From contig CDMY01000303.1 in assembly GCA_001179505.1 (NCBI GenBank), forward strand, positions 64,460 through 128,459: DNA of 64,000 nt, read 5' to 3'. Position numbers and translations under genes: made by a program. This document shows, in pieces, positions 1-12,118 of the stretch (position 1 is the first letter of the stretch; each line of letters begins with the position of its first letter). The notes under the pieces are model-generated. The model was not told where the DNA came from and did no database searches. It saw only the letters and a list, made by a program, of their open reading frames with translations. The stretch comes from Vitrella brassicaformis CCMP3155. Its lineage: Eukaryota; Protista; Chromerida.

Positions 1-2224
1 CTACCAGGTAGGTATCAAACACACAACACAACACACGGCCGCGGGCTTATACGGATGGGAAACACCTCACTCACCTGCCCACACCTCTCTCTCTCTTATG
101 GTTTGGTTATCTGGATCCCATGCAGGCGGCGATAGTCCGTTTGCGCGACAACGAGTACGAGCGTCAGTTGCTGGAGCTGCAGAACAAGTACCAAGGCAAG
201 GCTGTCGACCTCCAGCGAGTGAGTAACTCACGGACACACGCAGGCTGGGAGAGGAAGGGGCACACACACACCCGCAGTCACACGTTCCGCTGCCGTTGGT
301 CGTTCCTCCAGGCTGAGTCGGATCGTGCGGCGTTGGAGGCAGCGGCCGAGAGGCGAGAGGTGCAGCTGCAGGCTCTCCAGACTGACAACAAGAAGATGCA
401 GGACGAAATCAAGGTACCTAGATTGGGCAGATACAGCAAGGCCGAGAGGGGGGGGAAAGATACGCAGCGGAGACCGTGTCGGCATGGTTGGGTCGATGTC
501 GTCGTCAGGGTCTGCTTGAGCGGGTCCGGGACACTCAGGAGCTCAGGCGAGAGCTCGACGGCATACGCAAGGAGAAGACAAACCTAGACAAGAACCGACA
601 CACGCTTGCCACACAAAACCAACACGTACGTTAGTGACCCAATCTCACCAATTTCATCCATCCATCCATCCATCCATGGGCCAAACCTCACTCTGTCTGT
701 GTGTGTTGTGGTGCGGTGCAGTATGCCGGTGAGGTGGCTCAGCTGCGGCGTCAGCTGGACGACCTGCAGGCGAAATTCCACGCCGAGCTGATCGCCCAGA
801 CCACCCGCGAGGCCCTTCAGCACGTCGGTGGCGACCAGCCTGGCCGACTCACGACTCGCGCTCACATCGACAAGGACAAACAGCCAGATGACGAGCAGGG
901 CCAGCCTACCGCTGCTGGTGGGGGTGCTGGTGGGGGTGCTGGTGGGGGTGTAGAGCTTTATGCGAGGCGTCAGGCTTCCGAGGAGGCGGTGACGGCAGAT
1001 GTCCTGAGAGCTCAGGTGGGCCAGACAAGCAAGGGCGCTATCTCCTCTGCTCGTGTGCGTGGAGCGTGTTATTGTCTGTCTGTCTGGCTCGTGCGTTCAG
1101 ATGTCGGAGGCCCAGATGCAGCTGTACCAGTGCCGAAAAGACAAGGCCGACGTCACGGTGGACAGGGACTCGCTGCAACAGGTGGGTATCACTGTGGCAC
1201 ATGTGGCCATCCATGTGCGTCTGTCTGTCTGTCTGGTGTGTATCGTATCATCAGGAGGTGGCGCGGCTCACGCGTGAGTGCGGGCGCTATGAGGAGCGGC
1301 TGGAGGAGGCACTCAAAGAGCTGGAAAGGCTTAACCAAGACCTGCACTCCAGGTAGGTGGCCGACGGGCGATGAATGAAAACCAAAACCCCATCCATCCA
1401 CGCGATGCGTGTTGTGTGGCATGGCTGTCTGTCTGTCTGTCTGTTTGTCTGTCAGGGGCAAGGCTGAGGAGGTCATTGCCCAGAATGAGCGCGAGACGCA
1501 GCTCCTCAAACAGAGGTACGAGGAGAGGGAGGCGGCGCTGCACGAGGAGCTGGTGGCGGTGAAGCGGGAGCTGAGGGACACACAGGAGCAGCTCAAATCC
1601 CTCAGGGGCATGCGCACCAGCCTAGAAAAGGTAAACGTACACACACACGTCGAATCAGTAGCCCCTCCCTCCCTCCCTCCCTCCCTCCGATGTCTGTGTG
1701 TTTGTGTGCAGTGGCAGCACCAGCAGGCCTCTCTGAGCGACGCCATGTCGTCTCTGATCGCCTCCCTGACCAACCAGGTGCAGAGCCCCGAAGACCGGTC
1801 CATCGTCCCCAGACTTGACCCGTCCACACAAGACGACCACCCCAGAGCCCAGCCCCAGCCCCAGCCCCAGCCCCACCCTCACCCTCCCCACCTCCCCCAC
1901 GCCACAACCTTCGATGTCGTAGCGCAGCGCCTCGCAGCCATGTCACCCGCAGGCCCATCGGCAGAACTGGTCGCCGCTGCGATTGATTTCACCGACACGC
2001 GTGTCAGAGAGGTGAAGGGGCCAGCAGCAGCGGCCACGCCCACGCCGGCCACTTCGACGGCGGCGGCCATGGACGTCCGCACATGGACGTCGAGCAGCGC
2101 CACGCCCCCCTGCGGCGATGTGAGGGAGGCCATGCGGCCGTCGCACGGACAGCAGGCTCAGATTGACGACCCCGAGTCGGCCATTGACCATGGAAGAGAT
2201 GACGAGCACACCAAGGACGAGTGA
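1..2224 (+). CDS. 3' part of a multi-exon coiled-coil protein with a low-complexity C-terminus (5' end lies outside the window)
   Basis: Exon end and GT donor at positions 1-9. Further GT-AG exons at about 124-218, 313-414, 721-1017, 1101-1181, 1255-1352, 1456-1630 and 1712-2224 encode heptad-like E/Q/L/R-rich text (RDNEYERQLLELQNKY, ELVAVKRELRDTQEQLKSL). TGA at 2222-2224. Confidence 0.75.
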
Positions 2225-2632
2225 GGACTGAGTGGGTGGGTTGATGGAGGGATGAATGGTGGGGTGGCTGGCTGACCGTATGGTAGATTGAGCCGTTGTT
2301 GTACGAGTAGAGGGGGGGTGGGTGTGGGTCAGTTTGTGGGGGTAGGGACACACTAGGGTGCGTTGTGTGACTGACTGCGGGTGGGGGCGGTGCGTTGACG
2401 GCATGTATGTGTGTGTGCGTGTGGCGACGATACAATCAAGCAACCATTCACTCGTCCGTCAGTCAGTCAGTCAGTCAGTCATGGATCATGACGAGTACGT
2501 CCATAGCGTCTGTCGTTGCAATCAATACACCCTGAAACCCATAACACACACATCTCCCTCTCTCCACCAGCCATCCATCCATCCATGTCCCACAAGCAAA
2601 CTCCCCCCCCTTCGCCCCCCAGCCCACCTTGT

Positions 2633-4666
2633 CTAATCTACTTCGTCAATTGAGGCCGGTATGCCCCCTCCCTGCTGCATCGCCTCCACAGCCTGCGGGA
2701 CATCCACCTCAGGAGGTGGCGGGGGCTGCGCCAGCTGGCCCAGCACGTTGCCGACGTCCCCGAGCGCCTTGCTCATGTCCGCCGGCACGTCCACTTTGCC
2801 AGGTGTGGGTGCGGATGGGATGGAGGGCAGCTCCATGCCGGAGAGGAAGTCCATGACCCCCTTGGACTGCTCCGACGCCACGCCGGGTACTGGGGTCTCT
2901 GTGGCGCCCTTGAAGAGCCCCGCGAACACCTTGAGGGCCTCGAAGACGGAGAGGTCGTTGAAGAGCTTGAAGTGCAGGAACTTGATCACAACATATCCAG
3001 TGGTAAGCAGCACCAGATACCGACCCACAAACATGTCGGTCGACTCAGTCACCTTGCGCACCACCTGCACAAATGACAGACACCACAGACACAAGAATAC
3101 GCAAACACATCTATCGGCCGGCATCATACAAACCTTGAGGCTCTCGCCGAACAGTTTGATGACGCCCCCGAAGAGGATGAGTATGAGGTCGATGGGCGTG
3201 ACGTCGAGGTTCCCCCGCCCCGTGGTGGTCACCACCTGCACCCTCTCCTCCCCACCCCTAGCCTGAGGCCGCCGGCTGCCGCCGCTGCTGCTGCTGCTCC
3301 TCGACCTCCTGGATGATGCTGGCTGCATCACGCTGGTCTGTGTCTGCTGCCGGTTGGTGTTGGCGACCTTGCCCTCTAGATAGCGGTCGACCAGGAGGCC
3401 GCCCACGAGGCGGCTGGGGAGGCCGAAGAAGAAGTCCGCATAGGTGCAGAAGACCGTGATGATCTTGGTCGAACCGATCAGGACGAAATTCGTCGCAACT
3501 GGATCAGGCAGGCAGGCAGGCAGGCAGGCGGCCACGGAGGGAGGGAGGGAGGGAGGGAGGATTGTGTGCGTGTGAATGGGATGGATGATTTATCGTGGAT
3601 ACCTACCGGCGAAGACGGTTCCTGCAATGAAGGTCTCGACGGTCTCGTGCAGAGGCAGCACCCATGATAGCCCACGCTCCCTGATTGACATACACACATT
3701 CACACACAACGCACACGATGTCTTTTGTGTGTTGTCTGTTGTGTGTTGTGTGTCGGTTTGCGCCAAGGCTGGCTGAGCCGCCTCGCTCTCTCTGTGTCGA
3801 TCGTATCACTCTGTCTCTCACTACTGACTGACTTGATGAAGGGCAGGATGCCCTCGTAGTAGAAGCTCTCCACGATGCAAAACTCCAGCCGCACCCGCAA
3901 CAGCCCTCCCGCTATCAGAGGACCATATCTGCCAGCGGGCGGAAAAACATCACACACGTCAGTCAGGTCAGATGGCGAACGAACGAGTGCAGGGCCATAG
4001 TTGTGTATGTGTGTACGTGCGTGCGTGTGCGTTGGCTCACTCGTCGTATGCCTCCTTGCCCACGAGCCACATGACAAAGCTCTGCAGCACCCGATACAGC
4101 TTGTCGCTCGCCCCACACACGGGGCGGAAATTGTCGGGGTCAAATATCGCCGCACCACCACCGTCACCAGCGGCCGCCTCGCTCACGTCACCTAGCGCAC
4201 TCCACAGCACCGGCACCAGCACCGCCAAAAGCCCGACGGCCGCCATCAGCTGCTGATGGTCGCCCTCGCGCGAAGCAGATCCGTCATGAGTCCACTCGCT
4301 GCCCTTGCTGTCTTCAGAGCGAACGACGAAGCCGCTGCGGGGGAAGTCGAAGGTCTGTTTTCGTTGTGACTGTGGCTGTGTCTGTGTTGCTGCATCTGAA
4401 CCATCGCCAGCAGCAGCAGCAGCAGCAGTGGAAGCCGACGTCTTAAGAAGAGAAGAAGCAAAACGAGATGATGAAAGTGGTCGTCGCTGTGGTAGTAGCG
4501 AGGATGGCGGGTTGGTGGATGGTCTGCGTGACGACAGGCGCACGGCTGGCGTGACGAATGCAGGATAAACTTCAAGGTGGGATGCATGAGTGATCACCAG
4601 CAGCAGGGAGGAAGAACAGAAACCCAAAACGGTCGCCGTGTTGAAGATCTTCAGTCGGAGCCGCAT
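2633..4666 (-). CDS. Plastid-targeted conserved algal membrane protein of unknown function
   Basis: Hydrophobic signal ending ..YPAFV, followed by an S/R-rich transit-like segment. Spliced core FDPDNFRPVCGASDKLY..YGPLIAGGLLRVRLEFCIVESF..GLSWVLPLHETVETFIAGTVFAVATNFVLIGSTK..HFKLF resembles a conserved family I recall from diatoms and other algae (not searched). TAG at 2633-2635. Confidence 0.75.
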
Positions 4667-5032
4667 CCTGACCGAGGGCCTTTCCGGCCTTTGGTTGGTT
4701 GGTTATTGTGTTTAACGAGACTCGTGTCTGTAACCCCGGAGGGATCCTGTCATGTCACGCACTAGACTAGCAGCATGTACATGCATAAGAGCATGCACAC
4801 GTCCTATCTACCCAGCCCACTCCCAGCCCCACCCACCCGACATGCTTGTATGAGGCGAGCTACGTTTCGGGAGTTTGGACTAGAGCACGTTCCATTCCAT
4901 GAAACCGCTGTCTCCCCCATGTCCTCCAAATGCTCTAATGTCCTCAATCCAAATGCATGTGCATCGGATCGCGGATCGCTTTCTGCGTCTATACCCCGAG
5001 AAAGAGCGTTTTCGATTTGGTTGCTGGAAACG

Positions 5033-5898
5033 ATGAAGGGAGTGATGGCCATGCGTGCGCTCCTCATCGCCTTGGCGGCCGTATGTTCCGTAGCTGTGGC
5101 CTCGGCCACGTACAGCGACTACTGCGAGGGCGAGGACTGCCATACTGGTGGGTGCATCTGACCAGATCTATGGCGTATACATCACTCCTGAGCCACATGT
5201 GGCTGTCCTTCCTGTCGCTGTGTGCAGATGCGTCGTTTGTGGACCGCACTGACGAGATTTCCCGCCTGCAGATCGCCGGCACCCACAGCAACAAAGGTGT
5301 GCGCGGCAGCCATGGACGACACACACAGCTGATGCGAGATGAATGCACTGCGCACGTGGCGGCATGGATGGATGGATGGATCTGTGTTGCCGCATGGTGT
5401 GTGCAATGTGTGTGTGCAGGTGTCTCTGGCCATCAGTTCTAGCTGTCGGTCGTGAAGCAGCAGGTGGCTCACGCCAAGAACACGATGGCTGCGGCGCTTA
5501 CGATGACACAGACGGCTCAGACGATGGCACACACGGCACTCAAGACCATCAACAACGCCCAACAACAGCTCCACAGCATCACAGGTACACTACAGACAGA
5601 TGTGTGTCCGTATGCAATGCATACATACATCTAAGCTTCGGTTGTATTCCCTCCCTCACTCTCTGTCTGTGCTGTCTGTCTATGTGGGTGAACGGTTCAC
5701 CTGTCTGTAGGCATGAAGTTCGACTGCTCGTCGCTCAAGACTAAGGAGGAGTGCATGCGGGACAAACATGAAAACCCCTGCACCGGTGGTCCCGGGTCTC
5801 AGGCTCCCTCAAACTGCGCGTGGGGCCATTACAAGCCCGGTAGGCGAGGATATTCACGACCAACGTGGAAGGACGAGTGTTACTGCGAGCGCGACTAA
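5033..5898 (+). pseudogene. Secreted Cys-rich protein, copy 1 (4 exons; in-frame TAG at 5440-5442)
   Basis: Signal peptide MKGVMAMRALLIALAAVCSVAVASA. Exons about 5033-5147, 5229-5297, 5420-5584 and 5711-5898. CAG in the paralog (QFQLSVV) is TAG here. The last exon encodes a 6-Cys domain. Confidence 0.7.
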
Positions 5899-6566
5899 CA
5901 CACTTGCTAATCGGCCGCTCTTAGCTCTAGCCGTAGAAGAATCAATCAACCCAGGGAGAGAGGGGGGTTACTACAGCTGTCTGTATCCATCTCTCTCTCT
6001 GTGCACATAACATACCTACACACCTGCCTGCTGCCTAGACGGACTGACTGCCTCTGCGTGCGAAGAGGGATAGATGGACGGACTGATGCGTGTGTGGGTG
6101 GCGGTGCGAATGATGACTGGCTTCACGGCTGGCTTGATGGCCTGTCTGTCTGTGTGTCGTGCCTGCCTGCCTGCCTGCCTGTGTGTGGGTCGCTCTTCTC
6201 GAACGTACGTACCAATCGAGGGCTCTGCTCAAGGGAGGGAGGGATGAACTGATGCGTGCGCATGTGTTTGTCGTGCCGGCATGACTGTCTGTCTGGCTGT
6301 CTGTCTGTCTGTCTGTCTGTAGATACAGATTTCTCAAATGTCTATATATCGGCCGACCGGTCTTGTGGACGATGGCCAACTGAATGAACGAAACACACAC
6401 ACATGTACGTCAGTGTGTAGTCACCACAGGGTGAGTGAAGATCTCTTCACATTCTCGCCAGTCACTTGCTATAATCCTCAGACTACACGTGTGCAGGAGT
6501 GGGTGGCGCACACGCCGACACACGAAGGCGCCTCCAGCCATCCATCCATCCAGCCAGCGAGGCAAC
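5170..6566 (+). repeat. Segmental duplication; inverted partner at about 39757-41136
   Basis: Exons 2-4, their introns and about 650 bp of downstream sequence (e.g. CAGGGTGAGTGAAGATCTCTTCACATTCTCG) match the reverse complement of 39757-41136 with scattered substitutions. Confidence 0.85.
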
Positions 6567-6975
6567 GACTGATTGAGCCAGACAAAACACAACAGCCAGC
6601 CGTCGTCTGGCCAGTCGCTCGCTCGCTCGCCACACAAGGATATATACCGGCCAGTACCCTCCCTGTTGGAGTCAGTCAGTCAGTATGGCATCCCCCCGCC
6701 CCTCACCTCGACTGACTCACCGACCATACATCGAATTGCACTGCACGAGACAGACACATCCAACTACACCAACTGGTTCAGCCGGAGAGAGAGACGTGAC
6801 CTGCCAATCCCGTCACGTTACCTCGCCTCACATCGCCTCACACAACGTCATGACGTGACATCAGGCCTTGTTTGTTCCTCCGCTTCCGTGGCGTGGCTGA
6901 TGTTCTGGTTGTTGTCTGGTCTGGTCTGGTCTGGCTGATACCCTCCGGCAGCCCACCGATGATGAATGAATGACA

Positions 6976-8953
6976 TCACAGGCCGTCGTCCATCCTGCCG
7001 CCCACATCGCCCGGCAGGCCGTTCATCATGACCACCCCGCCGCCTTTCTTGCCGTACACCGAGGGAGGCGGCATGACCGACAGACGGACAGCCGGGCCGG
7101 GCTCGGTCTTCCGCCGGGTGTGCTTGTAGTCGTGGAAGCGCACCACGCTGTATGTCAGCAGCAGCACTATCGACAACCCTATAAACACATACAACCACAC
7201 ATACAATACAGAAGCAGCAATGTGACGGCGACCTTACCGATGCCCGCGAAGGCGCGCACAGTTATGCGCTCACCCAGAAACACCTGACCACACCACAGAC
7301 GAATGAGAGGAATGGAATGGACCCACACACAGGCAATAAATATCGGAGTGCATCAGCACATCAAGGTGTCGTGTCTGTGAGACAAGACATACCTACCACT
7401 GATATCAGGATGGTTGCCATCTCCTTGCCCACACCAGCCACCGTCATCGACAGGGAGCTCGTCAGACCTGCATAGACAGACAGACAGACAGACACATTCA
7501 CAGACCCATCAGTGCATTCAATGGACGGATGGATGGATGGATAAATGGGTCTCGGCTTGGCTGCCTACCTACGAGTCTGAATTCGGAGAGATGGACGGCG
7601 AAGGCCACCAACACAGAGAGGGCCACCAAGAAGAGGGCGGACATCAGCTTTGGCACATCAGGCAGCGCCAAGTCAGCCTCTGCACACCAGACAGGACAGG
7701 CACGCAGGCCCGCATCCATCACCACAACCGCTCTGTGCTCTGTGTCTGTGTGTCCCTCCCTCCCTCCCTCTGTTTGTGTGTCTGTGTCTGTGTGTGCTTA
7801 CGAACCAACAAGTCGTTGTACGTCGATGGCTACGGCTGCCGGTGCGAGGCAGAAGGTGGCTGCCGGTTGTGTGAGGATGAGGAGCTGCAGGGGCTGCAGG
7901 TGGCGCGTCTGCAGCATGTGGTGGATGATGACCCACCGGATGGCCGACGCCACCACCGCCCCCAGCAGAAACACGACTCCCAGACTGTTGTGCACCTCCA
8001 TGTCACGCACTGTCAGCGATATCGCCCCCATTATCAGACCAACCAACAACAATGTCAGGCAACGGAACACCTCCAAACCTGCATGCAGCCACACACACAC
8101 ACACACACAAACGTATGCGCGCCGCATCAGTCATCCATGTGTATTTTTTTGTGCGTGTGGTTTGCCGACCGAATGCAAGGCCTAGGAGGTACGTCACAAC
8201 CACAATGCTGCTCTTAATGACCTGCAAACACACACACACACACACACACACAGCAACACCTGCGGTCTGCCCATTTGCTTGCCTGGCCGCCTCACCGTCA
8301 TGACGGACACCGAGACCATGCTGTACGACTCATTGCTCAGCGATATGTCGGCCGCAGTGCACAGAGCAACTGCAAGCGACACACACGGGCAGACAGGCAC
8401 ACAGGCACACACAGACAGACAGCAGATGAGTGTGAGTGAACGATGTGCAGCTTCAATCCAGCCGCAGGCCGCCCGCCAGCGGTGCTCACTCACTTGGCAC
8501 AATGAATCTGAGGTACATCGTGCCAGAGATGGCGGGAAAGTCCGGGAACCAGGAAAGGAAGGCAAAACTCTGCCAAGACAGACGCCACCAGTGAGTGACA
8601 TTGCATTGCATTGCATTGCAGGCCCCTCCCTCATCCATCGGTTGACAACGCGCTGTGTTCATCACGTTAGTTACCGATCTGAGGAGCAGGCTCATGAAGC
8701 CAAAGTGGATGAACGTCACCAGAATGGGATACTGGAAGCCAAGAGTGTCCTGTGCGTTGGACCACACACAACACACATCTGCTGACTCAGGTAGATGCCT
8801 TCTGACAAGTGAGTGGAGTGTGTGCCGTACCAAAATGTACTTCATCAGAAAGGTGAGCGACAGCGAGGCGGCGTACCACGAAAGCACCGCACATGCCACT
8901 GCACAGATCTGCCCGGCCACCGACTCACCCATCAGGACACCCGCCGCTGCCAC
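6976..8953 (-). CDS. Triose-phosphate/nucleotide-sugar transporter family (SLC35C2-like, DMT superfamily)
   Basis: Spliced exons give LSWYAASLSLTFLMKY, FQYPILVTFIHF, TAADISLSNESYSMVSVSVMTVIKSS, LTSSLSMTVAGVGKEMATI and VFLGERIT, plus about 10 hydrophobic segments. Confidence 0.85.
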
Positions 8954-9148
8954 ATATCGATCTCAGCGCAGAAGGCAGCAAGATCTGCCAGGGGCTCACA
9001 GACAGCACAACGTCCGGTCCTTTTCCTCTTCCTCGCCCTTGCGAGGCGAGCTCGTAACTCAGAAGAGAGAAAAAGGGCAGCAGAGTTCCGTTTAGGCAGC
9101 TCCCAGCCACCCGCTCAAGTCGTTTCCTTGGCTTGAAGTCCCGAAACG

Positions 9149-11511
9149 ATGTCTGGGTCTTCAGCCCACCCCGAGTCGTCTGATGTGCCCTCTACTCAGA
9201 GGTCTGCCATCCTGGATCTGCCGGTGGATGAGAAGGGCTTTGTGTCCGAGGCCGACCGCGACGCGCAGTTCCGGCGGCTGCGGATGAAGCTGGAGAACCG
9301 GGGCTGCTTTGACTGCAACGCCCGCAACCCCACCTGGATGAGCCTCACCTATGGCGTCTACCTGTGCCTCACCTGCAGCGGAAACCACAGGAGAATGGGC
9401 GTGCACGTGTCATTCGTCAGGTACTGTACAAGGACACACAGACAGACAGACGGGGCAGACAGACAGACCTGAGAGAGAGAGAGAGAGAGAGAGGCGAGAC
9501 GGCGGGGGGTATGTGGCTGCAGGTCTTGTGAGCTGGACAAATTCACGAGGGAGCAGCTGACCCGGATGGAGCTCGGTGAGCGCACCCACACAAGCAACAC
9601 ACAAGCCGAGAGGCCCGACACACTGTCATGTGTTTGTTTGTCAAGGCGGCAACGGCAAGGCCCGAAGCTACTTCAAACAGCACGGGTGAGCAGACAGCGA
9701 CGGACGGGACGAGAAAAGCCGTCCTCTCTCCTCTCGCTTCCATCTCTCTCTCATCCATCTCTGCCTGCCGCTGGAGAGAGATGCTCAGGTTGTTGGACGG
9801 GAAGCATGTCGACTACCACAGCAAAATGGCCCACAAGTACAAGCACCACCTCGACGTACGTACAATGGAAACAAACACGCCAGCCAGCCAGCCAGAGAAG
9901 AGAGAGAGAGATGATGAGATGGTGTGCATCGCATCGTTTGCTGCGATGCTGTGCCTGGCTGTCTTGCCTTTTCAGAAATTGGTAGCCGGTGCGTTGGGTC
10001 GCGACTTCAAGAGAGGCGACACGGGACTTAGTGAAGGTAGGTCCACATAACGAATCGATGGATGGATGGATGGATGCGTGTATTGGTTGATCCCCCAGAG
10101 AGTCCCATTGCGTCAGCGGGCAGCCCCGGTGGCCCGTCAGCCGCCGGTGGCGCCAAGCCGTCCCTCCCCCCGCCAGTCTCCCCTTTCGGCTCCACCACCA
10201 CACCAGCCCCATCCCTCGCACCCGCACCAGCATCACCACAGCAGCAGCAGCAGCAGCCGAAGGAGCCACACCACCCCCCCATCCACCGGCCGGCCCAGCC
10301 GATCGCCATCAAGCCCGCGAGCGCCCCGTCGGGTCGCGGCCCTGTGCATGTCCACGGGCAGCACCATGGAGTGCACGTCGGGGGTCAGCTCAAGGCCCAG
10401 CGGCTGGATGTGGGCTTTGATTTCGACTCGCTGGAGAAGGAGCTGCAGCAAAACGAGGCGCAGGCCACCAAGGCCGGCGACAAGGCCGGCGGGCAGTCGC
10501 TCTCCGCTGCTGTCGGTGAGTGAGTTAGGGGGAGGGGGCAGTGATTCAGGAGGCTCTTCGTCTTGTGGGGTGACCTGCGGTGGTCCGTATGTGTCTGTGT
10601 GAATGTCAGCTGAGGCGTTAAAGGCCGACGGGACGTCCCCTGTATCCATCAAAGGCGCAGAGTCGCCCGCCAAACCTGACGCCACCAAGGCCTCAATCAG
10701 CAGCACGTACGGACGTCACCCAGACAGACGGACAAAGGCAAAGGCAAAGGCATACCCGTGTCGTCGTGTGTCATGAATGTCCCCCGTGCTGCAGGAATCG
10801 CCTGTCAGCGGCGACGTCCGCGGGCGGCAATGCGGGTGGTGGGCGGTGGGAGAAGGCCAAGTCCATTTCTTCGGCGGACTTCTTCGCAGACCCGTAAGTG
10901 CACAATACCTACAGCTGTCTCTCTCTCGGCTGAATCAATCTGACAGCTGGGTGTTGTTGCTGCTGCGGGTCCCCTTCAGATCTCGCCAGAGCGCCGCTGA
11001 GCGGATGGACATTCAGAACAGGATAAGTGCAATGTCGTCGCATCAGGCCATCTCGTCAAATGCCTTCTTTGGAAATCCCTCAGCTGACCCCTCGGTGCGC
11101 CCGACCACACGTGCACATATTCCAGACAATGGATTGCGGATGGACGTTCTGTGTGTCTGTATATATCTCTGTCTGTCTCTGTCTGTGCTGCAGGGCGTTG
11201 CCGGCGACGGACGGGCATCGTGTAAATGCACATGGCCCTTGTGGCAATGAATGGGTGCAGTACGGCGTTTCCTGATTGATGTGTGTGCGCTTCAGTTGAC
11301 GACCTGACGGAGCAGGCGCGTCAGGGTATCTCCAATATGGCAACCAACGCCAAACAGGTGCGTCTGTGCGTTTGTGTGGGTGGGGTGATCCAGGCCCTGG
11401 ACGAACCCGTCGAGTGAGTCGATGGCTGGTGTCCCTGTGTGTGGTGTGGTGTGGTGTGTGCAGGGTGTGAGGGCAGCCAAGGACTGGCTGCAGCTGCAAC
11501 TCAACCGCTGA
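9149..11511 (+). CDS. ADP-ribosylation factor GTPase-activating protein (ArfGAP2/3, Glo3-type)
   Basis: Zinc finger [48 protein letters not shown]. Glo3-like AISSNAFFG motif near the C-terminus. TGA at 11509-11511. Confidence 0.93.
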
Positions 11512-12118
11512 TCTGATCTGACCTGATCTGGGATGTAGGGATGGATGGATGGATAATTGAGGGGATAATTGAAGGGATAATTGCGTGGTCGTGTGCCGCT
11601 TAATGACATGGGACTCATTATCTGTCAATGAGAGACAGGAGAGGGAAAGACAAATGAATAAATAAAGGGCCGAGGCATTGCAATGCATTCCATGGCATGT
11701 GTGTGTGCGGCGTACTGTAGACACACGTGTGTGATGCATGTTGTGTTGTGTGTGGGTCTGGTCTTCTTCATCGTTTTCAATCATCAATCAATGCGTGTGT
11801 CGTGTGTGTGTCCGTGCCGTGCCATTCGTGTGATGGGACGACTGATCGACTGATACACATACATTACATGCACAGCGGCTAAGAGAGGTGCATCGCTGTC
11901 TGCGTGCTGGACAGAAAAGACAAAACACTGGCCGTGACGACGGCTACGTGTGGAAAAACCTGTCTATCAGTCAGTGAACGGACGCGTACCCCCACACCCA
12001 ATCGCATGCCTTGACCGCTCTCACGAAAATCCCCCTCGCGCCTGCGCGTACTGAACGGCGCACCACTAACGCATCCACGCTTCCATCTAAGCATCTCTGT
12101 GTCTGTCCGATCAGTCAA

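Noticed and set aside
912-950. GCTGGTGGGGGT repeated three times
   Set aside because: A coding low-complexity repeat (AGGG) in exon sequence; not an array with spacers, so not CRISPR.
4850-4960. Repeated ATGTCCTC / CCAAATGC words upstream of the secreted copy 1
   Set aside because: Short and few; no boundary or partner to support a mobile element or a defined promoter motif.
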